A program made the position numbers and the translations under genes. A DNA stretch of 64,000 bases from NCBI RefSeq assembly GCF_964204865.1, contig NC_135250.1:8618001-8682000 (forward strand), given 5' to 3'. This stretch comes from Styela clava (taxonomy: Eukaryota). The notes beneath the pieces were generated by a model, which made no database searches, had not been told where the DNA came from, and saw nothing but the letters and a program-made list of their open reading frames with translations. Of the stretch, positions 1-10,635 are shown piece after piece; position 1 is the first letter of the stretch, and every line of letters starts with the position of its first letter.

Positions 1-1132
1 ATTCCAGCTTCATCAACACTGTCACCTGACCAAAGACAGCAATCATAAAGAATGTGCGCTACATGCAATCCAACAAAATAGCTAATTATTATTTTTGTCT
101 CTCTCGCTAGAGATAGATATAACCAGTTACCCAAGGAAAAAAATAAGACTTGTTTCATATAAAATAATTGTTATTATAATTGAAACTTATAATATCGTTT
201 ATAAACATATTGTAGGAAACACTTTTTTGTACAATGTAAAATTTAAGAATTCTGTCAATTTGAAGAGAAAAACGTGAGCTCAATTAGAATAACAAATTTA
301 AAGTTTGATTTGAATAGATCACATCTCCAGTCAAAAGAAAGCATATTATATGTTTTACACTAATCATTGATAGAACATGCTTTTATACACGGCCATCTGT
401 GGCTCATCTTTGGAAAAGAATATTTAAAAAGAACGAATAAGCACCTCATTGGCGAGCATGAACAAGTTTTGGTCATATGGTCTAATTTAGCAGAAAACAA
501 TATGTTTTGGAATTCACAAAAATACTGAGACTGATTATCGAACAACTGACCTGTTTTCAAAAAGTTGCGCATGTTCAAATATAAATCTAAAAAGTGGACA
601 CAGTGCAATGGTTTCATTTTTCAGTGCATATGAAATTAAAAATTGAAGCACCAGGGATAAGTGTTTGGTTGTATTACTAAACGAATAGCTTCCAAAAGAA
701 AATATTCGCTGAGAATAAAATGAAAGTACCATAATAGATAAGAGATGTTAGTGCAGCACAATTTGTGTGATTGATGAATTGCAAAGCGCATTTTGAAGCA
801 CAAGTTAAAATATTTTGACATTCATTTCACAACTTATACTGGCGTTTTTCAGATACGAATAATGACAATTTTCATACATTGTAACTTGACCATAAATAGC
901 TTGTGCCCAAAATAACCAAAAAAAATCACTCCACTGTAGATATCCAACACAATGCTAGACTATAGTGCTGCTTAAATTTCAAGCAATTTGTCCAAATAAA
1001 GATAAGAAGACAACTCAAACACATGGCTAGATACAGCGTCTCACCACGTTATCAGTAGATGCTGAGTATGAAAATAATTGATGAGTTATTAATTGCAGAC
1101 AGGATGCAATAGACTTGATAATTTACTAATAT

Positions 1133-4100
1133 TTAAAATCTAGACCGTAATTTAGTTTTCTGTTCTCTTCTCACAGTTGTCATGGGTCGTAGATTTTGAT
1201 TAGGAACCTCTGGAATATCAGAGTTCATTACTTGATGATTGTTTGTCATTCGTATTTCTTGATGATCGGATTCTGATAAATCACTCACAAGTTTGCAATT
1301 ACCAGCTCGTCGGATGATATTTTTATTCGTTGTAAACGAAACCAAATTGGGGTTAACACTTCCAAACACACCTGATGAAGCTGGATGTAAAGCACCACTA
1401 TAAACAAGAAGATCATCAATAATAATCGCAAAATCTTTTACTCCTCGTGTAGGCGTCTTCGCATAATTCCATATTTTTATCATTGAAATTGTCACAGGTT
1501 GGTCAAATATCATGAAAACCTTGCATACAACATTTGGAATGATTGGAGATAACCACATATGCTGTGGGTCATATGTATCATTAACACCATCAATGAGTTT
1601 ATCTGGTGTTCTGGCATCATCACTAATTCCACTTAATATGTTGATACTTTCTGGAAAAGCAGCAATGTTATTTTCCCCAAGTTGTATTATTCCGCCAGAT
1701 TTATCGAACAATTCGATACCGTTCAAACCAACATAATATGGATCTGATACAGATTTCAAAATTTGGATTTGAAAAACAAAACCAGTTGGTAAATATGAAC
1801 TTGAACAAGTTTCATCTTCATTATATGATATAGGAGACCTGCTTGCACTTGATACAACTGTACCACGATCATTTGTTATAAATAGAATATCTTGGGCAAA
1901 ATCATATTCTGTGTGACCGGGAGCTTTTCTTAAAAGTATCCCCTGAGAGGATGAGATAGCACGTCCATCCAACAAAATATCGATTAATTTAACACCTTTG
2001 TAAGTATCATCAACGCTTCTGTTATAATTCCATACTCGGATTCCTTTGAGCTGCCTAGCTTGTGGAAGACTGATTTCCAAGCAAATCTCTGAATTACCAA
2101 ATGGCAATAATAGCATGCTTTCATCATCTGTAGTTATGTTTTCACCATTGACAAGATTTTTCAAATCACTTGAAGCTGTATTGATGTCGAGCATTTCGCT
2201 AGTAACTTCAATACTTTCATCTTCATCACTCAGCAATTCTATGCCAGTAAGTCCAATTTCATATTCATGCCCCCAATTTGCAAGAAGCTTTAGAGAAATA
2301 CACTTTACACAAAGACTACTACGATCTTCAATATGAAGATCATTCAGAAGTGAATTATCAAATGCAATTTCTTCATTCTCATTTGGAATACTATCACTCA
2401 AACGTCTTCCAGTTTTGGGGCGATCCGTCATTACTAACCATTCCATTGCATCATCCTCATCAGGCATAAAGGTTTTGTCATTTTCACTGATTTTTTCTAA
2501 AATTCCTTCATCAGTAGTGAAGAGTATTGTATCGCCAAAATTTTGCATATCTAAAGGAGTGCCTGACGCTTTAGCAATTTGTCCCTGAAAAATTAAATTA
2601 TCGTCAAGCATAATGTCCACATCCTTTACACCTCTATACGAATGAATTCTTGATTTAGTGTAATTCCATATCCTGATCATAGCAATTTGCAGTCGTTTTT
2701 TGAAAGTCATATAAATATAATGATTACTTCCTTCAGTAAACGGTGTTAACCAAGTCCGGAAATCATCCATTGTGCAATAATGTCCGTCAATTAAATTTCC
2801 AACGACTCTCGGATCAGAATTGTAACCATCCAAAGTATTTATATCCGAAGGGTCTGCAAAAATTTTACTGATTTCTACTGGGTTACCTTCGGAGTCAAAA
2901 ATTTCAATCCCGTTTAAACCTGTATAATGTACGTCACCCCAAGTCGAACGAATATTAAATGTTAGTCTCAAACCTTGCGGTAAGGTAGGTATTTCAAAGT
3001 CTTCAGAAATGAGTGATGGTACTTTATTTGGAACAATATTTTCATTGGCATCAGAATTTTTCAAATTTTTGGAGAAAAATTCGTTTTCAAAATCGATACT
3101 GGCTTCTAATCTACCGAGGTGTGAACTATTGAACTGAAGAAGAGATTTTAAATTTTTGTCAAATCTCGACTTTTTTGGACGATTCGTTACTGTATTTGGA
3201 TCAATTTTTACATCCACCGATTCGTTACCATTGCCGCCTCCATTATTTCCATCTTTCAGATATTTGAGTTTTGGGATTTTCTGCGTATCAAACTCCTCTG
3301 CATTCTTTGATTTGCCATCAAATTTACATGCTAACTTACCACGAGGGCTTACTCCCTGTTTACCTCTTTTTGCTGTAGTTAATGGTCTCTTCAAATCAAT
3401 AGTGAAACCATAGTCAAATATTTTATTGCCACAACCTTTTTCAATATTGCCTTCAAAACAGCATTTTCCATTCTGAAACACTTTGCAAAACTTTATCCCA
3501 AGGTTCAAGTTGTCTGATTGTTCATTGTAATTGCACAGTCTTAGCTTTGTTACATCATTCACTGGGGATTCGATATTTATCGTCACTGGAAGTGACTTCG
3601 GATAAAGCAAAAGCATATGTTTTGCTTTCACCGTCTTGTCAACACCATCTAGTAAATTTGATATCGAACCGTGAACAATATCTGCATGTGATATGGTAAT
3701 ATTTTCGCTTGAAATTGGGACTATAGCATTTTTATTATCAAATACTTCCAGAGATGTCAGACCAACCTTTTCATCACTGGAATGCCAGTTTGAATGAATA
3801 TTTATTTGTATAGTACACTTTTGTTGAGGAACAGTGTGTTTTTGAATTTTGGTAGTCGCCATATTACTCTGTGGTGTCTTTTTAATATATGGCTCAGGTG
3901 AAACCTTACCCTGATTTTGGCTTTCGGAAGAAATATTCAAACTTGTATTAATTCCTTCAACCAAATCTGGGTCATCACTAACATAGTCATCAGAATCATT
4001 TAACGATGCCGCCAACTGTTCAATAATATCTTCCTCATCTGAAGTAAAGTTGTCTGAATAGCTGAGTGACAAATCGGGTTCTCCGAGGCGTAAATCTTCA

Positions 4101-4486
4101 CCTGATTTTGTTTTAATCATTAAAGGAGTCTGACCCCAATATTTTCTTCTTCCCGCACTAGTTGGTGCAGATTGTGTCCGATTTTCATTCATTTGTGCAT
4201 TTTTTATCCCAGAATGATATGCTAGTGAAGACGTGTTTCTTTCTCTTGAATTTTTATCCTCATAATCAGTTTGGTGATAACTTTTCGAATGTGGCTTTGG
4301 TTTGAATTTTGAGGCATTCGCACCATTAACATAAACTGAGAAATTTTTCTCTTTTTCTTGAAGTTTTTCGTGCTGCGGATCTTTGTTTAGGGTTTTCAAA
4401 TATTGGTTGCGTTTTCCAAGTCTCATTAAATACTCCTCATGGAGTAACTGAGCAGAATCGCCTCTCTCATTATTCGCAGACTTCAT
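1133..4486 (-). CDS. KATNIP: Katanin-interacting protein (KATNIP/KIAA0556), single uninterrupted 1117-aa ORF
   Basis: N-terminal motif EEYLMRL...KEKNFSVYVNGAN, plus four repeated DUF4457-type modules (INIHSNWHSSDEKVGLTSLEVFD; FNIRSTWGDVHYTGLNGIEIFD...IRIWNYTKSRIHSYRGVKDV; LKLLANWGHEYEIGLTGIELL...IRVWNYN; IQILKSVSDPYYVGLNGIELFD...IKIWNYAKTPTRGVKDF) and C-terminal LRPMT. All are recognisable from KIAA0556. A splice acceptor (ttttttcag) lies at 4527, 40 nt upstream of the ATG. Confidence 0.93.
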   Translation of the reverse strand: MKSANNERGDSAQLLHEEYLMRLGKRNQYLKTLNKDPQHEKLQEKEKNFSVYVNGANASKFKPKPHSKSYHQTDYEDKNSRERNTSSLAYHSGIKNAQMNENRTQSAPTSAGRRKYWGQTPLMIKTKSGEDLRLGEPDLSLSYSDNFTSDEEDIIEQLAASLNDSDDYVSDDPDLVEGINTSLNISSESQNQGKVSPEPYIKKTPQSNMATTKIQKHTVPQQKCTIQINIHSNWHSSDEKVGLTSLEVFDNKNAIVPISSENITISHADIVHGSISNLLDGVDKTVKAKHMLLLYPKSLPVTINIESPVNDVTKLRLCNYNEQSDNLNLGIKFCKVFQNGKCCFEGNIEKGCGNKIFDYGFTIDLKRPLTTAKRGKQGVSPRGKLACKFDGKSKNAEEFDTQKIPKLKYLKDGNNGGGNGNESVDVKIDPNTVTNRPKKSRFDKNLKSLLQFNSSHLGRLEASIDFENEFFSKNLKNSDANENIVPNKVPSLISEDFEIPTLPQGLRLTFNIRSTWGDVHYTGLNGIEIFDSEGNPVEISKIFADPSDINTLDGYNSDPRVVGNLIDGHYCTMDDFRTWLTPFTEGSNHYIYMTFKKRLQIAMIRIWNYTKSRIHSYRGVKDVDIMLDDNLIFQGQIAKASGTPLDMQNFGDTILFTTDEGILEKISENDKTFMPDEDDAMEWLVMTDRPKTGRRLSDSIPNENEEIAFDNSLLNDLHIEDRSSLCVKCISLKLLANWGHEYEIGLTGIELLSDEDESIEVTSEMLDINTASSDLKNLVNGENITTDDESMLLLPFGNSEICLEISLPQARQLKGIRVWNYNRSVDDTYKGVKLIDILLDGRAISSSQGILLRKAPGHTEYDFAQDILFITNDRGTVVSSASRSPISYNEDETCSSSYLPTGFVFQIQILKSVSDPYYVGLNGIELFDKSGGIIQLGENNIAAFPESINILSGISDDARTPDKLIDGVNDTYDPQHMWLSPIIPNVVCKVFMIFDQPVTISMIKIWNYAKTPTRGVKDFAIIIDDLLVYSGALHPASSGVFGSVNPNLVSFTTNKNIIRRAGNCKLVSDLSESDHQEIRMTNNHQVMNSDIPEVPNQNLRPMTTVRREQKTKLRSRF

Positions 4487-4500
4487 GATTTATTCTCCAT
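4483..4500 (-). promoter_or_regulatory. Upstream ORF (MENKS*) whose TGA overlaps the KATNIP ATG (ATGA)
   Basis: Minus strand reads aaacATG GAG AAT AAA TCA TGA. The uATG has A at -3 and G at +4, is out of frame, and lies downstream of the acceptor at 4527. Confidence 0.55.
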
Positions 4501-5192
4501 GTTTAAGGTATCAAACACTTATTAAACTGAAAAAATAAAATATTAAGTTAAATAAAAATATTGCTGTTTCTTACACTAGGTTGGTCTTGACTGAAGGGTT
4601 ACAATAACTTTATTAGGAGTCAAAGCAGATCGATTTGTCAGTAGGTATATCATATTGTGTAAAAATAGCGGGTACAGAGGTAACAATTTCCAAGTTATAT
4701 TTTGATTAAAACACTTTCTGATTGTTGTCCATGATTAACCCTACTTTTTCATTTCAAAATCTTATCACGTGGACAATCTTTTTGTTTTAAAAGTGAAAAT
4801 ATAAGCATAGCAAAACTTTGATCTTATTGCTGTATCATGTATATTATTAATGCTTTCAAATATTTATAAGTAGACTAACTCTCAACCATCTATCCATCTG
4901 CTATAACCTGCGGATCAGTGACCTGGCTAAGATATTATGTGTGAAAGAAAATAATTTATAATTTAAAACAACATGTATAAGTTTATTTCAACTCCATAAT
5001 CAGAAGTGGTAGTCCAATAGTCTAGGTGTTCACTCACCTAAAAACCACAGAAATATGGTAGACTAAAATGAAACTTAAAATAAACTATTTGGTAAACATA
5101 ATGAGAACTAGGAAAAAATAAACAATTTATTCGCCCCACAGTAATAATGATTTTATACCTGCCAAATTGGTCTTGTAAGCAAGAGTGAACAG

Positions 5193-5541
5193 TAGGATAG
5201 GATAGGATTTACATATTTATCCCGGGGGAGAGGAAAGCCGATAAGACGGCTTATCCATATGGCGAACCACGGCCTCTCGTCCGGTTATCATTCCAAGTCA
5301 GGTACCGTATGGGATTAGTTATATTGTTTGTTTTCGGAAAAATGGACTTGGTGGTGGAGGAAGCCGTAACCGACCAGCAGTTACTGGGTTACGTGAACCA
5401 CCCAACGACGGCGAGGAGTCCAGCAATCCTCTTGCACATAACCATCCCTGCATGGAATTCGAACCTGCGAACCCATGCAGAGTAATTAGAGGTGCGGTGG
5501 CGAGCGTATTCCTAACGCTTAGCCCATTGAACCACACCGCC
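5193..5541 (-). mobile_element. tRNA-derived SINE, full-length copy
   Basis: 5' end GGCGGTG, A-box TGGTTCAATGG (5524-5534), B-box GGTTCGAATTCC (5454-5465), (ATCCT)n tail. Near-colinear with the copy at 13069-13410. Confidence 0.85.
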
Positions 5542-5803
5542 GTACCAGTAAAGAAAAGGAGTCATTAAAATGGTATCACCAAGTTTGTAGTCTACTGTGA
5601 CAATAATAATTGGATCTTTCAATTTCCAGTCTTTCCTATTTTTTTGTAATTTCATCTTTTCTGAAGCAGCACAATGTAATTTACATTGTAAAGTCTAATC
5701 GCAAAGTTAGATAGGCCGGGTCTCATGTACTTTCTTACCTGAATAACTTCTAGTGGGCGTGGCGTAACAATTTTTGGATATAGGATTCTTGACCCCTACC
5801 TGA

Positions 5804-5838
5804 TGACGTCATCCAAAAATTACGTCACTGCGACGTCA
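5804..5838. promoter_or_regulatory. Cluster of CRE/ATF-like motifs in the putative KATNIP promoter region
   Basis: TGACGTCA 5804-5811, TTACGTCA 5820-5827, CGACGTCA 5831-5838. These lie just upstream (minus sense) of a strong donor CAG|GTAAGA at 5739/5738 that could end a 5'UTR exon. Confidence 0.3.
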
Positions 5839-8800
5839 CAATAACGAAATACAGCTTGCCAAAGTATAGCGACGGTCACCCGTAATGCAGTAATGGCGCC
5901 TACGAGTATGAATACGCTGGAGGCTGGCATATACTGTACGGTACTGTTGCTGTCCAGTTCACCAGAAGCTAATTAGGACATGGTATACCGTGAGCACAGA
6001 AGTATGTATAACGATAGATAAAAGTTATGTAGTTAGTACAAAATAAATCTATACAACTACGGAAAGAATTTTAAAAAATCGCTTCACTTCGTCGTAGAAA
6101 CGCCACCAAAACACCAGAAAACAGCAAGTGCTGCATGGAGTCAATTTGCTTCACAGTTGTTCAACATTAAATTGGTTCACACGGGGTCTATATCATATAG
6201 AATTATCGTACAATAAAATCATTCTATTTCGAAGATGCTCAAAAATATGTAGACATACGTTTTGAGTGGGATAAGTGTATGTGATCATTTACAAATACTA
6301 TTGCCGGCAAAAATTAAGTTTCTAATCTTTAGAAAATCAAAAAATAAAGTATATTTTGATTCCATAATCAACATAACATCCAAAGAAATATTTATTGAAA
6401 GAAAAATTAATTTCGATTTTTTCGTAATAAGCCCAGAAAAAGGATAAGCGAAATTGGGCGGAATGCCAGGATGCCAACTCCACTATCCGACCTCAACCGC
6501 CTTTAGCTGGTCTCATATGTTGTCTCTGTGCGCTTCTCTAAATCAATCTCGGGTTTGTAATGAGAAAAATTAGTTGAAATATCGGAAACCCAACTTTACT
6601 GTGGTAAAATTACAATATTTTTTTTGTCCAGGTTCTCTCTCCCACCATAGTTCTCATAGTCTTACTCTATTATTAATCATACTCTCTCTCTGCACAATGT
6701 TAGCAAAAGAAAAACTAAAATGGTAAGTGCCGATTTCAGGGTACCAAATCTTGAGATTCTTCGAGGAGCTAACCTAAATATACAAAAACACCTAGCTAAC
6801 TACTCTACAAACCCTGTTCTCTCTAAAACCATTTTACGTCTGTTTCTTTTCATTCTCTTAAAACTTCTCATATAGCTAACCTACCTATACGTACAAAGAT
6901 AGATAACTTCTATCTACAACCACGCTTTTACTTCGATTTATCGCCGGATCTCTCATAATAAAAAAATATAAAACTACCCTGGCCTTGGCACTTCTGTAGA
7001 CACTATGTCTTACTATTTTCCTTCGACTGACTGCTTCTTCATCATACCAATTTCCTCCACGACCGACTCCTCCGAAGCTTTTACAGAGCCTTGCTACAAC
7101 TCTTTTCTTTTCACATAGTTTCCAATTATGTCGACACGCGGGTAGACAATTTTACAGCTCTCACCGGCTCCCACGGTTCCAACAATTCCTTTCTCTTCTT
7201 CGAACTAGCATCTCTGGGCACGGTATTTTACTACAACCCGGTCTACCAAGTCCGATTTTAAACCCATCCTTATACCCGGTATGGTGTTTAGCATATTTCT
7301 ACGCTTTCCTTGTCCCAGCGCTACTGGCGAGGATCGCGTGGGATCAAAATCTTACTTAATTATATTTATATGAGATTTTAAATAACATCACAATTAGCAA
7401 CTCCTCACAATACTAATTACCGTACTGCGAACAATATGGGCCGCGCTGATACTAAATGTAAGCCTTTCATCTGGAGTGTGTTCTATGACTTTTGAATATG
7501 GGCTTGCATTTAAAATTGTTGTTTAAAATTTAAAATGTTGGGTAATGCCGTAGAAGGCGTATATAATGTCGCAATATACCAATGTGACCATTGAAAAATA
7601 TTTGTATTGTACAAGTGGCGCAGTTTTGCCCCAATGTACTGCTTAATTACAAATTGCGCGATGTAAGTGTCGTATTACAAATAACAATCGAGCGTGATCT
7701 GGACTGGTAACAAACTCACTGGAATAAATCAGAGGCGGTGGAGCAAAAAATAAACTATATATACTCTATCAAAAAATGAATAAAAGAAAATTTAGTTAAA
7801 TCCCCAAATCAGCACAACAGTCAGGAAACCGTTTGATAAAATCAGAAATCGCATTTTCGAAATCCTGAGATTTTATCAAAATTAATCCGGACATTCGGGA
7901 ATAGGAAAATGAGTTGAAATTTCCGGATCGGGATTTTTCGAGATTCCAACTCTAATTTCAATGTCCGCATTTTTTGATCCAAACTTATGAATTTATATTT
8001 CTACATCCGTCATCTACGAATAAGAAACGTTATCACAGAGAATTTATAAACAAAGATCCGATCCCAATCCGAAACATTTGAATTGATTTGCGGTACAATC
8101 GTATAGTTCACCATCCGATATTACTTGATTACTTGAAAATATAACCCCGTAACAGTAAAGAATTCGGAAAGTCATTTATAATGACCGAGAAGCCTAGTAG
8201 AGCCCATCGAGGTCTCCGGGTCTCCAAGTACCAGAAAATATCGTTGTTTATTTACATGCAATTTAGTTTTGTGTGACCATTCCTGAGTAACATACCTTAA
8301 GTAGGCATACCTTAAGCGTGTAAACTCAAACGTATTTTTGATCTTTTTTTTCTTTCCATTTTTTATGCTTCTTGCCTGAATCGAACCGGCAAATTGCGGA
8401 CGTTATCGATTTTTTTTCTCGGTATTGTTTAAAACTTGTTAGCGAGAAAAGAAATGATTGAAGAAATTCTGGTATATATATTTTATTGTTTTATTTACAA
8501 TTGAAAATAAATCGTGAAATATCGAATAAAACACAAACAACAGTAATATTGCGGTTTGTATCAAAAAATGACGTTTCCTAAGAAATATTTCACATTTCGA
8601 TCAGAATACAATTCACATATTATCATTTTTTCTAAATGCTAACAAAATGTACATTTATCAAGACGATATTTTTTAATATTTTCTGTCCAAACATTTCATA
8701 GTAAACTATATAATATAGGCTCAACATTGGTTCAAATCTCAGATGTGATATTTGTGCAAAACTGCCCGAGACTGATCAATATAGCCTACTAATTCAATTT

Positions 8801-8952
8801 AGTTTGCAATTGCCAAATTTGTGCGAATTAAGTTGAGACTATTTCAGAAACAGCGTTCGAAATATATACAACTTTGTCGCACATCAAATCACTAATTTTT
8901 GATTTTATATATAGAGTTTTTGACTAGCATTAGGTGCACTCTACTCAGTGGT

Positions 8953-9618
8953 TCAAAAGGCACTGCGACTTTGATGTCGAACCAATCGTTCGTAATAAGC
9001 CCTCCAATAATCCTTAGTGTAAAGTCCTTCGTTTGAACCAGACATACATTTGTAGCTTGGTCGTTGTGTGTTTTTGCTTGGACTACAGTACAAGTATTTA
9101 GAATGACCTGAGGAGTAATACCTTTCACTAAATTCGTTTTTATTTGACCATATTGTTTTAGGAGCTCGGAGATAACCATCAGCAATGTTCCCATCGGACC
9201 ACATGCACGCCTTGTTTGAATGTCTACATCCAAACGTCGGGCCGAGACGCTGTTGAGGCGAAAAATCGGTGTTATGAAGCACATTGTGAGATCCTGGTCC
9301 GGGAGTGACCATTTTATCGCCAGGAAGCTGTGTCCTACCCTTTATGCTATATGAAGGACCGGTTCGAGTGCCAATTGGAACGTTATATGCTGCGGGTCCC
9401 GGTGTTCTTGCTAAATCTTGAGAGTAGCTACCGTGTCCTTCGCTATTTCCTTTCGCTCCCATGCTAAATTTAGGGGAACTTTTGTAATGTTTGGGCAGGC
9501 GCGACTTTATGTTGGAAATTTTTTCGGATTCCTGCTGTAGTCTCACGGTAGCACCTTTTATTCGAGGAAAAAACTTGACGCAATTTGACCCTTTCGATTT
9601 CTTGGTATTTGCAGCCAT
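8953..9618 (-). CDS. ODF3/CIMAP1-like (SHIPPO/STPGR repeat) ciliary microtubule-associated protein, intronless, ~221 aa
   Basis: SYSQDLARTPGPAAYNV...PSYSIKGRTQLPGDKMVTPGPGSH...PTFGCRHS matches the C-terminal half of ODF3-family proteins. First ATG is at 9618 (MAANTKK); the ORF-track start at 9708 is a non-ATG codon. Confidence 0.75.
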   Translation of the reverse strand: MAANTKKSKGSNCVKFFPRIKGATVRLQQESEKISNIKSRLPKHYKSSPKFSMGAKGNSEGHGSYSQDLARTPGPAAYNVPIGTRTGPSYSIKGRTQLPGDKMVTPGPGSHNVLHNTDFSPQQRLGPTFGCRHSNKACMWSDGNIADGYLRAPKTIWSNKNEFSERYYSSGHSKYLYCSPSKNTQRPSYKCMSGSNEGLYTKDYWRAYYERLVRHQSRSAF

Positions 9619-10319
9619 TTGACAAACTATTATTGCATATGTACCTGTGTCTAGCAATAACAATTTCTTTGTAATTGACTGAAAAGGAATTTGGAGAACA
9701 TTAAACAAATATACTTAACGAACCACAATTATTCGAAAACCAATATAATATACTATCAAAGGGGAATGGATTCTATTGTTGAATTTTCTCAAATATTGCA
9801 GTTTATTATTTTTGAAAGTTGTGAGTTACAATTGGAATAAAGGTATTTGCGGAATGAAATAAAACTGAATTAGAAGGCAACTGAATCAGAAAACATTTCT
9901 CCAGACGAACTCAATATTACCGTAATTCCCTATCCTGACTCTAGTTGATTTATATCTCTTGATCTATAGGAATAAAACCGCAACAGTCCTCGAGAGGAAG
10001 TTGTGGACGTATTATATAGTATTCAAGTAGCCAATATTACAAGAGTATTATTCCATTCAATCAAATTATAATGGTCATTTTGAGTGTTGTGTGATGGCGA
10101 TGTCAAGTAGTGCTTGATAATTGGCATGGCTTCTCTAACCTGTGGTATCGAATGACTTTTTAAATATTTCCGTTATAACTCTATAGGCATTCAAATGCGA
10201 ATTTAATTAAGTGACCCAGCATTGCACTAGCTGTAGTTATCACGCTGGTACAATATTATGAGAGAACTTGCGTATGGTGATCAGTCGATCACGTAGAGAA
10301 AACATCGAGGTGTCGATAA

Positions 10320-10635
10320 TAGGGCTGGACATTTCGAATAGTAACGTTTTTTTTTTATTATTGAAGACAATTTTTTTCAATGCAATCCTGACATATGACT
10401 ATTTTCTGTACTGAGTTATTCTTTTGTGTTTGTGTGTGAACGCTCCGCAATCGGTCTTAGTGATGTATTCCATGTTTTAGTAATTCCTTTATTGACAGGA
10501 CCAATTGCAAAAAAAAAAAAAAAATTGCATACAACTACATATCTCCCATTGACTCCTAAGTATTCGAGATTCGATTCGAAAAAAATATTCGAATCGATTT
10601 TGGATTCATCAGGTATTCGAAAATGCCCAGCTCTA
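10320..10635. mobile_element. hAT-type MITE (family A), internally deleted, inverted relative to the copy at 51360
   Basis: TIRs tagggctggacattt / aaatgcccagctcta. 8-bp TSD gtcgataa / gtcaataa (1 mismatch). The interior is the reverse complement of parts of 51360-51768. Confidence 0.85.

Noticed and set aside
1-160. Open frames at the window edge (plus strand IPASSTLSPDQRQQS*; minus strand MKQVLFF...)
   Set aside because: Could be the end or start of a neighbouring gene, but it is too short and has no recognisable homology, so the strand cannot be decided.
5319-5537. 72-aa ORF
   Set aside because: Lies entirely inside the SINE.
5450-5541. tRNA gene
   Set aside because: Has A and B boxes but no convincing cloverleaf, and it continues into a repeated SINE body and tail.
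8892-9284. 130-aa ORF overlapping the ODF3-like CDS in another frame
   Set aside because: No recognisable motif; a shadow frame of the real CDS.
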